Assembly: GCA_963707985.1 (NCBI GenBank)
Contig: CAVPRW010000025.1
Span: 32,001-96,000, forward strand
DNA length: 64,000 nucleotides
Direction: 5' to 3'
From: an uncultured Nitrospinota bacterium
Lineage (GTDB): Bacteria > Tectomicrobia > Entotheonellia > J063 > CAVPRW01
Shown piece by piece: positions 19,426 through 31,688 of this stretch (within the stretch, counting starts at the first letter, position 1; each line of letters begins with the position of its first letter). The notes below the pieces were generated by a model that was not told where the DNA came from, searched no databases, and saw only the letters and a program-made list of their open reading frames with translations. The position numbers and the translations under genes are program-made.

Positions 19426-19598
19426 ACTCTGCACTTTCCTCGCACATCCGGAGGCATGGCACAACGCCAGCCCTCTGAGGAGGCAATCACCTTTTCGATA
19501 GGAGCAACAAGAGCCCCCGGCCACCTATTGGCCCAGCAGTTTCCGAACTGCTGGACGAAGTGCAGGGACCGTCGTCCGTGGGCGCACAACACCACATG

Positions 19599-20768
19599 TT
19601 AGCCTATGGACAGGTGGTGAATGATAGAGGCCGCCGTTTCACGGGCCCAGCGATCGGCTTCGAGAATAACCTCGATGTCGCCATCGACGATAGGACGAGC
19701 CTCGTGTCGACCGAGGGTTTCCTCGATCACAGCGGGAATATCGACAAAACGAATCCTCTCTTGCAAAAATGCCTCCACCGTCGTTTCGTTGGCGGCATTG
19801 AGCACCGCTGGCAGTGTGCCGCAAGCACGAATTGCCTCGAAACCAAGGCGCAGACAAGGAAAACGCTGGAGGTCCGGGGCTTCAAAGGTCAGCGTGCCGA
19901 TCTGGGTGAGATCCAGTCTGGGTAGCGTATTGGCTAGGCGTTCAGGGTGGTTCAGCGCATACGCAATGGGAATACGCATATCGGGGATACCCAACTGGGC
20001 GATGACCGAACCGTCAATGAATTCCACCAGGGAATGCACAATACTTTGCGGATGGACCACCACGTCGACTTGATCAGCGTTCACTCCAAAGAGCCATCGT
20101 GCTTCGATCACCTCAAGCCCCTTGTTCATCATTGTTGCCGAATCTACCGTAATCTTTCGCCCCATCCGCCAGTTTGGATGTTGGAGAGCTTCGTGGACCG
20201 TGATCTCGCCAAACTTCTCCTGTGGCAAGGTGCGGAATGGGCCGCCTGAGGCCGTTAGGAGCAAACGCCTGACATCGCACGAATTATGGCCGGCTAATGC
20301 TTGAAAAATCGCGTTATGCTCGCTATCGACGGGCAGGATACGAACGCGTCCCTGAGCCTCGCGCATGACCAGTTCACCGGCCATGACCAGCGGTTCTTTA
20401 TTGGCGATGGCTACATCCTTGCCGGCTCGGATGGCAGAAAGCGTCGGTGCCAACCCTGCTCCGCCCACAATGGCGGAAAGGACAAGATCAACATCATGGA
20501 GGCTGGCAATTGTACATGCCCCATTGGTGCCCTCAAACACTTCTATCCCAAGGTCTGAGGTTCGCTCCCGCAGCTCCTTGGCTCGTTGCAAGTCGAACAC
20601 CGACACATAGGATGGCCGGAAACGCCGCATTTGTTGCTCGAGCAAGTCAATATTACTACCAGCCGCAAGTCCCACGACGGCGAACCGCTCCGGATGGTGT
20701 TGGACGATCTCCAGGGTATTGACCCCGACGGAACCGGTTGAACCCAGAATCGCCAACCTCTTTCTCAT
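19599..20768 (-). CDS. dxr: 1-deoxy-D-xylulose-5-phosphate reductoisomerase
   Basis: LGSTGSVG, LPVDSEH, HPNWRMGRKITVDSATMMNKGLE. Confidence 0.98.
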   Translation of the reverse strand: MRKRLAILGSTGSVGVNTLEIVQHHPERFAVVGLAAGSNIDLLEQQMRRFRPSYVSVFDLQRAKELRERTSDLGIEVFEGTNGACTIASLHDVDLVLSAIVGGAGLAPTLSAIRAGKDVAIANKEPLVMAGELVMREAQGRVRILPVDSEHNAIFQALAGHNSCDVRRLLLTASGGPFRTLPQEKFGEITVHEALQHPNWRMGRKITVDSATMMNKGLEVIEARWLFGVNADQVDVVVHPQSIVHSLVEFIDGSVIAQLGIPDMRIPIAYALNHPERLANTLPRLDLTQIGTLTFEAPDLQRFPCLRLGFEAIRACGTLPAVLNAANETTVEAFLQERIRFVDIPAVIEETLGRHEARPIVDGDIEVILEADRWARETAASIIHHLSIG

Positions 20769-20837
20769 GGCATGGCTCCCACTGTCTCCTCTCCCGCCCA
20801 TTCGCCCCGCTGACCTGGATCACACCACTGCATTCGT

Positions 20838-21645
20838 CTACGATGGAAGCTCTTGTCCAACAACATAGAGGACATAGTAATACAACACTGGTGCGCCAAA
20901 TAGGATACCATCGACCTTATCTAAAATGCCACCGTGTCCCGGAATCAGTACCCCAGAGTCTTTGACTCCGGAGCTCCGTTTCAACAGTGATTCACTTAAG
21001 TCGCCCAGTTGGCCCAGCACAGCCAATAGGCAACCAATGGCGACACATTGCGTCAGCGTAAAGTGCCCGAGTAGCCAGCGCCCTCCCAACGTAGCGCCAC
21101 AGAGACTGCCCAGGAATCCTCCAATCGCGCCCTCGATCGTCTTGCCCGGACTGAGCCTTGGGGCTAACCTATGGCGGCCAAACAATCGACCAGATACGAG
21201 AGCAGCGGCATCCCCAAGCCAGACAACGCCAAATATAAAGAATACATAATTTGGCCCATTGATGAACATGCGTAAGAGTACTACATAGCTGAATAGCCAA
21301 CCGACGTAAAAGGTACCAAACAGGGTAAATGCAAGACTTTGAAACGAGATCACCAATTCCTGCCGAACACAGAGCCCAACCAGGAATGACAGCATGACCA
21401 GCGCTGCCACCGCTCCATGGTGGGCGATACCGCCAACATAGAACGTGAGGGGCAACGCTCCGCCGCAGGCGATTCCGAGCCATCGCCAGCAAGGGAAGCC
21501 CTTGGCCGATAACATACGGTAAAATTCCACCAGTGCAACTAGGGTTGTAACGGTGACCAGGATCAAAAAGGAAAAAGGGGAGCCGAAATGTACGATCAGG
21601 ATCATGAGGTGGAAGAATGCAGAGAGCGCTGATGAGTCGTTTCAA
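20838..21645 (-). CDS. cdsA: Phosphatidate cytidylyltransferase (apparent frameshift near 21608)
   Basis: SPGKTIEG, ESLLKRSSGVKDSG..PGHGGILD. The N-terminus MKRLISAL is in a different frame. Confidence 0.9.
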
Positions 21646-21654
21646 GCAGGGCTC

Positions 21655-22411
21655 CTATTGGCGGAGGACCTGTTCATGCGTCATACCGAAGCGTCGTTCA
21701 CGTTGTTGATAATCAATAATGGACCGGAGTAAATCGTCTCCCCGAAAATCAGGCCACAACACCTCGGTAAAGTATAGTTCAGTATAGGAGGTTTGCCATA
21801 AGAGAAAATTGCTCAAACGTTGTTCGCCACCAGTCCGAATCAACAGATCTGGATCGGGCAAGCCTACGGTATACAAGAAATTGCTGAACACTGTCGGCGT
21901 AATCGCCTCGGGGGCGCAGTTCCCCACGCTGGACGGCGTGTACGAGGTGCTGCACGGCATTGATGATCTCCATTCGAGAGCCATAGCTCAAGGCAAGTGT
22001 GAAGATCATGGCATCATTCTGGCTGGTTTGCGCCATCGTCTCACAGAGTATGCTCTGTATTGAGGTTGGGAGATCCTGAATGCGGCCAATCGCATTGAAG
22101 CGGATATTCTCCCGCACCATCCGCCGTAATTCCTTCCGCAGATAAATTTTCAGGATGCCCATAAGAGCTCGGATTTCTTGCCTAGGGCGAGACCAATTCT
22201 CCGTCGACAGCGCGTACAGAGTTAAACATGAAACGCCGAGTTTGCGAGCCGTGGTCACGACGTCATCAACTGCCATGACCCCGGCACGATGTCCAGCATG
22301 ACGTGGGAGTACACGCCGCTGCGCCCAGCGACCGTTTCCATCCATGACGATCGCGATGTGACGTGGAAGCTTGCCTTTGTCGATCTTCATCAGCAGGTCT
22401 GGGTCAAGCAT
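21655..22411 (-). CDS. uppS: Undecaprenyl diphosphate synthase (apparent frameshift at 21910-21914)
   Basis: [21 protein letters not shown], then [28 protein letters not shown] in the next frame. Removing one base from a 5-G run restores the frame. Confidence 0.93.
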
Positions 22412-22529
22412 CTAGCTCGCTCCTTTCCGCGGTCCGATGACGCCGACCCACCAGCTTATAAGATCCAACGCGTGCATGTACTTCAAGAGGAGGGAAGCAT
22501 TTGACGCAGATGTCTGGAACGCATGTGAC

Positions 22530-23102
22530 TCATATCTCCATCACCTCTTTCTCCTTTTGCGCCGACACCTGCTCCGCCATAGCGATGTATTTATCGGTTA
22601 ATCTCTGGACTTGGTCCTGTGCACGACGCAGCTCGTCTTCCGAGATTTTCTTGTCTCTTTCCAGGTTCTTGATGTCATCATTCCCTTCACGGCGAACGTT
22701 TCGGATGGCGACTTTACAGTCTTCTCCGAGCTTCTTCACCATGCGGGCCAACTGTTTCCGACGCTCTTCAGTCAAGGGCGGGATGGGAATCTTGATCACC
22801 CGCCCATCGCTCGAAGGGGTCAAGCCCAAATCGGATTTCAGAATGGCTTTCTCCACCTCACCAATGACTGAGCTATCCCAGGGTTGGATGGTCATTAGCC
22901 GACTTTCTGGAACCGAAAGTGTTGCGACTTGATTGAGAGGCGTGGGAACTCCATAATATTGGACAGCGATCCCATCCAACAGCGCAAGCGAGGCACGTCC
23001 AGTGCGGACGCTATTCAGCTCCTTGCGGAATGCATCCAACGAAACATTCATCTTTTTTTCGAGATCGGCATACACTTTTTGAACCGACCCGTCTTGAGCC
23101 AT
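22530..23102 (-). CDS. frr: Ribosome recycling factor
   Basis: VRTGRAS, PPLTEERRKQL, VAIRNVRR. Confidence 0.97.
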   Translation of the reverse strand: MAQDGSVQKVYADLEKKMNVSLDAFRKELNSVRTGRASLALLDGIAVQYYGVPTPLNQVATLSVPESRLMTIQPWDSSVIGEVEKAILKSDLGLTPSSDGRVIKIPIPPLTEERRKQLARMVKKLGEDCKVAIRNVRREGNDDIKNLERDKKISEDELRRAQDQVQRLTDKYIAMAEQVSAQKEKEVMEI

Positions 23103-23104
23103 CC

Positions 23105-23845
<741 letters not shown>

Positions 23846-23916
23846 TCAATCCGGACAGAACTCCCTCGAAGCGTCTCTAGGAACGCTCCTCGGACATGGT
23901 TTGGACAGGTAATGAT

Positions 23917-24513
23917 TTATTGGCCACCGAGTTGATAACGCTGGAATCGGCGTACCACGATGTTCTCGCCAAGCTTTGCACCCACACCCGACACCAGCTG
24001 ATTGACGCTCATGTCGGGGTCTTTGACAAATGGCTGCTCCAGCAAGCAGACTTCTTCGAAGAATTTCTCCAACTTCCCCTGCACAATGCGCTCGACGATG
24101 CGCTCAGGCTTGCCTCCCTCTCGGGCCTGCACATCGTAGATACCCTTCTCTCGGGCAATGATGTCCTCCGGAACATCTTCCCGGCGCAAGTAGAGGGGAT
24201 TTGAGGCAGCCACATGCATGGACAAGTCTTTTACCAGCGCCTGAAACTCTTCGGTCCGAGCCACGAAGTCGCTTTCACAATTGACTTCTACGAGCACACC
24301 GATCTTGCCGCCGGGATGGATGTATGACCCGATGACTCCTTCCGACGCCGTGCGCCCCGTGCGTTTGGCGGCGTCGGACAGGCCCTTCTGACGTAAATAA
24401 TCAATCGCTTTTTCCAGGTCTCCACCGGTTTCGGAGAGCGCGTTCTTGCAGTCCATCATGCCGGCACCTGTCTTCTCACGCAATTCTTTTACCATGCCTG
24501 CCGTAACAGCCAT
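23917..24513 (-). CDS. tsf: Elongation factor Ts (short ~198-aa form)
   Basis: [29 protein letters not shown]. Confidence 0.97.
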   Translation of the reverse strand: MAVTAGMVKELREKTGAGMMDCKNALSETGGDLEKAIDYLRQKGLSDAAKRTGRTASEGVIGSYIHPGGKIGVLVEVNCESDFVARTEEFQALVKDLSMHVAASNPLYLRREDVPEDIIAREKGIYDVQAREGGKPERIVERIVQGKLEKFFEEVCLLEQPFVKDPDMSVNQLVSGVGAKLGENIVVRRFQRYQLGGQ

Positions 24514-24685
24514 ATCTTCACCCCCTCCTATTTTGGCTTGCCAATCGTCGCAAAATTCGCCAGTCGAGGCTGAGACCGCTCTGCTTATCAGTGGGCGATA
24601 GGCCAATGACCACGCGGATGCCATTCGACTTGTCTCGCAGCGTCTCGCCTACAGCCCAACCCCGCGCGCACAGAGTGCAGCCTGC

Positions 24686-25090
24686 CTAGCGCTTGGAGAA
24701 TTGGAAGCGCTTGCGTGCCCCCGGCTGTCCATACTTCTTTCGTTCTTTGGCACGTGCGTCGCGTGTGAGGAACCCTGCGCGCTTGAGGCGATCACGCAGT
24801 CCAACGTTATACTCCAGCAACGCTTTCGAAATGCCGTGACGTAAGGCTTCCGCCTGAGCAGAGATCCCGCCCCCGGCCAGTGTTGCGAAGACGTCAAAAC
24901 GTCCCACCTGTTCGGTCACATCAAAGGGCTGCATGACCACTAATCGCGAGGTCTCCCGCGGGAAATAGGCTTCAAACGCCCGTCGATTGACGGCGATATT
25001 GCCTGTACCCGCCTTGATCCAGACGCGGGCTACCGCAGTCTTCCGTTTGCCCGTCGCATACCATCGCTGCACATGATCTTCAACCGCCAT
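24686..25090 (-). CDS. rpsI: 30S ribosomal protein S9
   Basis: [30 protein letters not shown]. Confidence 0.98.
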   Translation of the reverse strand: MAVEDHVQRWYATGKRKTAVARVWIKAGTGNIAVNRRAFEAYFPRETSRLVVMQPFDVTEQVGRFDVFATLAGGGISAQAEALRHGISKALLEYNVGLRDRLKRAGFLTRDARAKERKKYGQPGARKRFQFSKR

Positions 25091-25146
25091 ACTCCCTCCT
25101 CTGCTCCCATCTCATACTAGTGATCCGGGGAGATACAGCCCATTCC

Positions 25147-25584
25147 TCAACTCTGGGTCTGGTCGAGTGGCTGAGGTTGCTGTGCTTGGTGCGGGTGATC
25201 AGGGCCCCCATAAACCTTGAGCTTCTTGAACATGGCCCGCCCCAATTTGTTTTTTGGCAGCATCCCCTTAACGGCGAGTTCGATGACACGTTCAGGTCTT
25301 TGGGCTAAGAGCTTATCTGCAAAAATGGATTTAAATCCCCCTGGATATCCGGAATGCCAAGCATAGAATTTGTCCTGTCGCTTGTTGCCGGTCAACCGCA
25401 CCTTCCGAGCATTGACGATGATGATGTGATCTCCGGTGTCCATGTGCGGGGTATAAATTGGCTTGTGTTTGCCACGGAGAATGGTGGCGACCTGGCTTGC
25501 TACGCGCCCTAGGACTTTTCCGTCGGCGTCGATGAGAAACCAGCGACGCTGTATGTCTTCCTGCTTCGCGCTGAAGGTTTTCAT
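25147..25584 (-). CDS. rplM: 50S ribosomal protein L13
   Basis: [30 protein letters not shown]. Confidence 0.98.
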   Translation of the reverse strand: MKTFSAKQEDIQRRWFLIDADGKVLGRVASQVATILRGKHKPIYTPHMDTGDHIIIVNARKVRLTGNKRQDKFYAWHSGYPGGFKSIFADKLLAQRPERVIELAVKGMLPKNKLGRAMFKKLKVYGGPDHPHQAQQPQPLDQTQS

Positions 25585-25747
25585 ATAATCGTTGGCTCCA
25601 ATGGGCTACTCAGCCGTCTTCCCGGTACACTGGTACGTTTTCCATGTTGAACTCGGCTAGGTTTCATTGCTCTCGGGTGGGGCAATACCCCACATCAACC
25701 TGTCGCCAAGGAACCCTGCACAAGAGAGCGCCTCCCGGCGATTCCTG

Positions 25748-26120
25748 TCAATCGCCGGTGAATTGAAAGGCGTTCTTGATCAGCTCAATATGTGACTGCT
25801 GTGCGTCCATCTCAACCGTCACGACATCGAAGCGACAGAGCTCATCGGCCTTCTTCCGTTGGATGAGATAGGCTTGCGATGCTTTGATCAAGTGACGTTG
25901 CTTCTGAAGTGTCACAGCCGCTGCCGGCGGACCATACTTTTGCGAGCGACGTGTTTTCACCTCAACGAAAGCCAGCATCGGCCCGTCGCGTGCGATGAGA
26001 TCGATCTCGCCAAACCGACAGCGGTAATTTCGTTCCAGAATGCGGTAACCATGTTGGCGGAGAAACTGGACGGCGGCTTCCTCCCCTGCTTTCCCGACTA
26101 GCGTGGCGCGGCTCAGTCAT
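25748..26120 (-). CDS. yraN: YraN family (UPF0102) nuclease-like protein (apparent frameshift near 26100)
   Basis: GKAGEEAAVQFL..ERNYRCRFGEIDLIA..FVEVKTR..CRFDVV. The start MTEPRH is out of frame by one base. Confidence 0.85.
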
Positions 26121-26799
26121 ATCGACTCGCCTTCTGCACCACTCCACGAAAGGTCACCCGATGAATCATGGTCGGCCCCAACTGTTGAATGGCTCGCAAA
26201 TGGGTTACGGTGCCGTAGCCTTTATGTTGCGCCAACCCGTATCCCTGGAATTGACCATCGAGTGCCTCCATATAGCGGTCTCGGCTGACCTTAGCAACGA
26301 TTGACGCTGCCGCAATCGACCCAACCGTCTGATCACCACGGACAACCATGCGCTGCGGTTGGTTCACCGGCACGCCATCGCGGCCATCGACGAGCAGAAA
26401 ATCCGGCGGACATGCTAAGTCCTGGACAGCTGCCTGCATGGCTAATAAGGTGGCTTGCCGAATGTTTATGCGGTCGATCACACTAGCCTCAATGAATCCC
26501 ACCCCCACCCCCATGGCGACTTGCCGGATCGCATCGTATAGCTCGTCGCGCTCCGCTGGGGTTAGGCGTTTTGAGTCATCAACGTTCGCGATGGTCACGC
26601 CTGGACGGCATATCACCGCTGCAGCAACGACAGGCCCCGCCAGCGCTCCCCGTCCTGCCTCATCGATCCCGGCGATGTGTGTAAAGCCGTGCTTCCACAG
26701 CTTGTCTTCAGCTTGCCAGCTTATCAGAGATACAGGATGCATTGTGGTTTCCTGCGGGGCACCGTGCCACTCCCGCACTGCCATGCCCGCCACGCTCAC
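26113..26799 (-). CDS. rnhB: Ribonuclease HII
   Basis: AGIDEAGRGALAGPVVAAA, DSKRL, SIAAASIVAKVSRD, HKGYGT. Confidence 0.97.
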   Translation of the reverse strand: MSVAGMAVREWHGAPQETTMHPVSLISWQAEDKLWKHGFTHIAGIDEAGRGALAGPVVAAAVICRPGVTIANVDDSKRLTPAERDELYDAIRQVAMGVGVGFIEASVIDRINIRQATLLAMQAAVQDLACPPDFLLVDGRDGVPVNQPQRMVVRGDQTVGSIAAASIVAKVSRDRYMEALDGQFQGYGLAQHKGYGTVTHLRAIQQLGPTMIHRVTFRGVVQKASRYD

Positions 26800-26801
26800 A
26801 G

Positions 26802-27149
26802 CTACGACGGGCGTCGTTCGCGAATACGCGCCGCTCTTCCCTTCTTACTGCGCAAATAGTAGAGTTTTGCCCGCCGGACGCGGCCAGCACGCACGACCTC
26901 GATCTTGTCAACCATCGGCGAATGCAGCGGAAAAATACGCTCGACCCCCATCCCGTAGGAAATCTTTCGAACCGTGAAGGTTTCACGGCTTGAACCTCCT
27001 TTACGGGCGATCACCACCCCTTCAAACACCTGAATCCGCTCTTTTTCGCCTTCGACGACGCGCACGTGTACACGCACCGTATCCCCCGCCTGAAAGGTGG
27101 GGAGCGAATCCTTCCGTGCTTCTTCTTCGAAGAGCTGCAGCATATTCAT
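26802..27149 (-). CDS. rplS: 50S ribosomal protein L19
   Basis: [33 protein letters not shown]. Confidence 0.98.
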   Translation of the reverse strand: MNMLQLFEEEARKDSLPTFQAGDTVRVHVRVVEGEKERIQVFEGVVIARKGGSSRETFTVRKISYGMGVERIFPLHSPMVDKIEVVRAGRVRRAKLYYLRSKKGRAARIRERRPS

Positions 27150-27191
27150 AGCGCATCCTCATAGGCCAGCACCGTGATCAGGTGTGGCATG

Positions 27192-27917
27192 CTAGATGGA
27201 CTCAAGCAGGGCCTGGTCCTCCCGGGTGAGTGCAGCGTGCTGGAGCAACTCCGGACGTCGATGCAGCGTCCGCTTGAGTGCTTCTTGACGACGCCAGCGC
27301 TGGATTTGCTGGTGATTACCGGAAAGCAACACGTCGGGCACCGGTTGCCCCCGAAACATTTTCGGCCGTGTATACTGTGGCGCATCCAAGAGGTGACCCA
27401 CGAAGGAGTCGTCATCTGCAGAGAGCGTATTGCCCAGCACGCCGGGTATCAGCCGTATCATGGCATCCATCATAACGAGCGCGGCGAGTTCGCCTCCCGT
27501 CAGCACATAGTCGCCGATCGACATCTCCTCGTCGACATAGGCCCGCACGCGGTCATCGGCTCCGCCATAACGCCCGCAGACGAGCAGTATGGCTTCTTTA
27601 CCCGCCAACTCCCGAGCCCGCTGTTGCGTGAACAGGTGCCCCTGCGGGCACGTCAAAATCGTGTGCAAGGCGGGGACCTCGGTACGCAGCCGCTCTATAC
27701 CGTGCACGAGCGGCTCAACCTTCATAATCATGCCTGGACCGCCACCGTATGGAGCGTCATCGGTCGTCCGGTGTAGGTCAGTGGTATATTGCCGCAGATC
27801 ATGCAAGGCAATCCGCACCAAGCCCTTCTCCTGCGCACGCTTGAGGATACTTTCCTGCAATGGTGACACAAGGATCTCAGGGAAAATTGTCAAGACATGA
27901 AGCTCTAGCATGCTCAC
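27192..27917 (-). CDS. trmD: tRNA (guanine37-N1)-methyltransferase
   Basis: DDAPYGGGPGM, SIGDYVLTGGE, PQYTRP, LLSGNH. Confidence 0.97.
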   Translation of the reverse strand: MSMLELHVLTIFPEILVSPLQESILKRAQEKGLVRIALHDLRQYTTDLHRTTDDAPYGGGPGMIMKVEPLVHGIERLRTEVPALHTILTCPQGHLFTQQRARELAGKEAILLVCGRYGGADDRVRAYVDEEMSIGDYVLTGGELAALVMMDAMIRLIPGVLGNTLSADDDSFVGHLLDAPQYTRPKMFRGQPVPDVLLSGNHQQIQRWRRQEALKRTLHRRPELLQHAALTREDQALLESI

Positions 27918-28424
27918 AACAATCCTGGTATCGCGCGCACATGCAGCAGGCCCTGCGCTGCATCCACCGCCAGAATCACATCTTTAATGAAAGGCAGGAG
28001 CGTTTCCTGCGTGCCCTGACGCACGACAAGCACTTCGTTACTTCCGGTCGGGAAAAACTCCTCCACACGACCGAGACACGCGCCATCTTCGGTATAGACC
28101 GTCAATCCCTCCAGATCAAACCAATAAAATTCCCCTTCGGGTCGAGGGGGGAGCTCCTCACGTCCAACGCAGAGCTCACACCCGGTCAGTGATCGCGCCA
28201 TCTCTTGTGAGACACAACCGTCTAGGTGGAGGAGTAGCCGCTCCCCCATTCGACGTATGTGTATGATCCGGTAGCTTTGGAGGCACCCATCGGCGCGCAG
28301 AACCGCCACCTCGTGCAGGCGATCAAAGCAAGCCAAATCATTCAGATACGGCTCAACGAGGAGCTCCCCTCCCAGTCCATGGGGGTGAAGCACCCGACCT
28401 ATAGGTACCGGTCCCGTCGCTCAC
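27914..28424 (-). CDS. rimM: Ribosome maturation factor RimM (apparent frameshift near 28412)
   Basis: IGRVLHPHGLGGE, EGEFYWFDLEGL, LLPF. GTG at 28424 after AAGGAAA is in frame if one G of a GGG run is removed. Confidence 0.9.
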
Positions 28425-28442
28425 TTTCCTTTCTGCACGAAC

Positions 28443-28673
28443 TCACTCTAGGATTTCTAGGACGGCCCGCTTCTTGAGTTTCGTGGCCGCTGCGTTGACA
28501 ATCGTTCGCATCGCCCGAGCCGTCCGTCCCTGACGCCCGATGACCTTTCCTAGGTCTGTCTCCGCCACTTTCAGCTCTAGTACCGTGGTCTTTTCTCCCT
28601 CGATCTCCCTTACTTCGACTTCCTCCGGCCTGTCAACGAGGGCTTGAGCGATCGAGCGTACAAGCTCCTTCAT
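28443..28673 (-). CDS. khpA: KH-domain RNA-binding protein
   Basis: [17 protein letters not shown], located between rpsP and rimM. Confidence 0.92.
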   Translation of the reverse strand: MKELVRSIAQALVDRPEEVEVREIEGEKTTVLELKVAETDLGKVIGRQGRTARAMRTIVNAAATKLKKRAVLEILE

Positions 28674-28728
28674 ACGGGCTTCCTCCGCAGTAGGCCGCGC
28701 GCGGCTTGATGGATCGAGGGATGAAGGA

Positions 28729-28989
28729 TTATGTAGAGGCGACTTTCTGCCAAACCCCGACACGAGCTAAGAGCGACTTCACCGTCTCAGTGGGTTGCGC
28801 TCCCCATGTGAGCCATTGCTGGACCCGTTCCTCATTGACCGTGATTTGTGGGGGATTGACCAATGGATTGTAATGGCCAACCGTTTCGATGAAACGGCCA
28901 TCGCGAGGTGAGCGTGAGTCTGCGATAATCATGCGATAGATGGGCTTCTTCTTGGCGCCAATACGTTTGAGTCTTATCTTAACGGCCAC
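28729..28989 (-). CDS. rpsP: 30S ribosomal protein S16
   Basis: [29 protein letters not shown]. Confidence 0.98.
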   Translation of the reverse strand: MAVKIRLKRIGAKKKPIYRMIIADSRSPRDGRFIETVGHYNPLVNPPQITVNEERVQQWLTWGAQPTETVKSLLARVGVWQKVAST

Positions 28990-30302
28990 CGTCCACCTCC
29001 GAATTTCCCCTTTTTACCCCCTTGCATGAAACGCTTCATGAGCTTGCGCGTCTCCGCGAACTGTTTGAGGAGACGGTTGACATCCTGGATTTGCGTGCCG
29101 CTTCCTTGAGCAATCCGTCGACGGCGACTGCCGTCGATCATCGATGGGTTTTGCCGTTCAGCAAGAGTCATGGAATTGATCATCGCCTCAATGCGGACAA
29201 ACTCTCGCTCATCAACCTGAAGATTCTTTATTCCCCCTGTCCCTGGCAACATCGACAGGATTTGATCGAACGAGCCCATCTTGCGGACCTGCTGCAATTG
29301 CTCTTTGAAATCCGCCAACGTAAAGCTCTCTTCACGCAGCTTTCGCTCGATTTCCTTGGCTTTCTCAACGGAGATCGCCTCTTCAGCGCGCTCGATCAAC
29401 GACAGAATATCTCCCATGCCCAGAATGCGGGAGGCAATGCGCTCAGGGTGAAAGGGTTCGAGGGCATCGACTTTCTCACCGGTGCCGACAAATTTGATGG
29501 GCTTCCCAGTCACCGTCCAGATCGATAAAGCTGCCCCACCACGGGCATCACCGTCGAGCTTCGTCAGGATCACCCCATCGAGCGCCAGGGCTTCGTTGAA
29601 GGCCTTGGCCACGTTGACGGCATCTTGGCCCGTCATACTGTCCGCCACGAACAAGACCTCATGGGGAACCAACTCTCGGCGCAGCCCCCGCAACTCCTCC
29701 ATCATGCCCTCATCGATGTGCAGTCGGCCTGCCGTATCGATAATAGCAACATCGTGGCCGCGGCTTCGTGCGGTGGCCACGGCGTCACGACAAATATCAG
29801 CCGGCCTGGCAGCGGGATTTGTCTCCCACACGGGGACACCGATCTGCTGTCCCAGCACCTGTAGCTGAGTAATCGCGGCCGGACGATAGACGTCAGCCGG
29901 GATGAGAAACGGACGCCGTCCCTCGCGTTGTAGCCGCCTGGCAAGTTTCGCCGCGGTTGTGGTCTTGCCGGACCCCTGTAGGCCGACAAGCATGATGATC
30001 GTCGGTGGTGTGGAGGCCAAGGTCAACTTACTCTGTGACTCACCCATCAGGCTCATCAACTCCTGATGGACGACCTTCACCACTTGCTGCCCCGGGGTTA
30101 AACTCTGCAGCACAGCTGTGCCGACAGCCTTTTCCCGTACACGCTCGATAAAGTCCTTCACCACACCATAATTGACGTCTGCCTCGAGGAGAGCTAGCCG
30201 CACCTCTCGCAGGGCATCGCGAATGGTGGCTTCGGTCAGCTTGCCCCGGCTGCGAAGACGCCGAAAGACATCCTCTAAACGTGACGAAAGCCCTGTGAAC
30301 AC
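28974..30302 (-). CDS. ffh: Signal recognition particle protein
   Basis: [31 protein letters not shown]. Confidence 0.98.
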   Translation of the reverse strand: MFTGLSSRLEDVFRRLRSRGKLTEATIRDALREVRLALLEADVNYGVVKDFIERVREKAVGTAVLQSLTPGQQVVKVVHQELMSLMGESQSKLTLASTPPTIIMLVGLQGSGKTTTAAKLARRLQREGRRPFLIPADVYRPAAITQLQVLGQQIGVPVWETNPAARPADICRDAVATARSRGHDVAIIDTAGRLHIDEGMMEELRGLRRELVPHEVLFVADSMTGQDAVNVAKAFNEALALDGVILTKLDGDARGGAALSIWTVTGKPIKFVGTGEKVDALEPFHPERIASRILGMGDILSLIERAEEAISVEKAKEIERKLREESFTLADFKEQLQQVRKMGSFDQILSMLPGTGGIKNLQVDEREFVRIEAMINSMTLAERQNPSMIDGSRRRRIAQGSGTQIQDVNRLLKQFAETRKLMKRFMQGGKKGKFGGGRWPLR

Positions 30303-30395
30303 GTGCACTCTCCTACCGAGACGGCTAAACAAGCCATCCCTCTCACAAGAGCAGCAAGCAAAACAGGTGCAGCTCCCTGCCTAAAAGCGCTCATC

Positions 30396-30424
30396 AGTGT
30401 ATGAAATGCAATAGCTGCTGTCAA
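30396..30424 (-). promoter_or_regulatory. Sigma70-type promoter of the ffh operon
   Basis: TTGACA-17 bp-TACACT on the minus strand, about 95 bp upstream of ffh. Confidence 0.7.
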
Positions 30425-30690
30425 GTGCCAACGCACAGCACCGACATAGCGGATGAGGCACCGCAAGCGCCCACAGCCAATCTGCACGCGCTTGATGAGC
30501 CATCAGCCGCAATCGGCGTTGCATAGCGGGCGCTGTTGAGCGGGACTCGCGGACCGTTGGGCAGCTCGCACCAGGATTGGAACACGGCTACGAGGACTAC
30601 TGATGGTAGATATTTTTGGCGCTCTCAAATATGTCTGCAACGTGGGGGAAAGGTGCACATAGGAACCGAGAAACCGGGAGGGAAACGGTC

Positions 30691-31638
30691 TTATTCAATA
30701 TGCTTTTCTTCCACAAGAACCCCATCATAATACACTTTAGCCACCGTCTGGCCTTTGACCTTCACCAAGATCCGGACCTCGCCCCCTGATTCACGCACCT
30801 GATCGAAAACTTGCCGCTGCTCCTCTGCATTGGCGACAACGATCTGTACCCGCCGCGGCCCAGTGCCCGTTGTCACGCGGTGTTGGAAGACCGTAAACGT
30901 TCCAACACTGCTTATTGGCGTCGATTCGCGCTTGGCCAACACCAACTCCACTCCCTGGCCTGTCATGACTCGTTGCCCAGGAATGGGCTGTTGTGTGATC
31001 ACACTACCCGCTCGAGCCTCCGGACGATCTATGTAGCGCACCTTCTCGATGCGGAGCCCAATGGCCGCCGCCATTTCGTTAGCAGTGGACTGAGATTGAC
31101 CCCGGAAATCGGGCATAACATAGTTCACTGCCCAGGGCCCATCGCTAGCCAACAAGGTGACAGTTCCGCCCTTCATAACCTTGGAAGCTGCCGGAGGACT
31201 TTGGGCGATCACATTGTCACGTGCCACTCGCGCCGAATGCACCCGATAGATTTCTCCCACACGAAGCCCATAGCGTTCCAGGGTGGACTTCGCATCCCTC
31301 CATGAAGTCCCGTGCACCGCTGGAATGACCACCTCTCCTACGCCTTTGCTGATGACTACACGAATGATCGCCTCGGGCTGCATCCAGCTTCCCGGCTTTG
31401 GGTCTTGGGAGATGATCTGGTTTGAGGGCGTGGAGGTGCTGAAGGATCGGTCAGCAACCTTGAGGCTTAGGCCTTGCTTGTTCGAGAGATCCAGCGCCGC
31501 AACCAAATCCTTGCCGATGAGATCAGGAACAATGACGCCTTCACGTGTCACGGTCAGGCGGACGACGACAACGGCTGTCAGGGCGCCTAGAACGATGACC
31601 AAGACCAAAGCGGTGAAAAGCTTCATAATGCGCTTCAT
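30691..31638 (-). CDS. Membrane-anchored PASTA-domain protein (3 PASTA repeats)
   Basis: N-terminal TM, then VPDLIGK..ISQDPKPG, IPAVHG..IAQSPPA and MPDFRG..TQQPIPG. Confidence 0.88.
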   Translation of the reverse strand: MKRIMKLFTALVLVIVLGALTAVVVVRLTVTREGVIVPDLIGKDLVAALDLSNKQGLSLKVADRSFSTSTPSNQIISQDPKPGSWMQPEAIIRVVISKGVGEVVIPAVHGTSWRDAKSTLERYGLRVGEIYRVHSARVARDNVIAQSPPAASKVMKGGTVTLLASDGPWAVNYVMPDFRGQSQSTANEMAAAIGLRIEKVRYIDRPEARAGSVITQQPIPGQRVMTGQGVELVLAKRESTPISSVGTFTVFQHRVTTGTGPRRVQIVVANAEEQRQVFDQVRESGGEVRILVKVKGQTVAKVYYDGVLVEEKHIE

Positions 31639-31688
31639 GGCACTGCAATCCGTTCCCCGGTCAGACAGGACACCATCTCGTTGATGAT

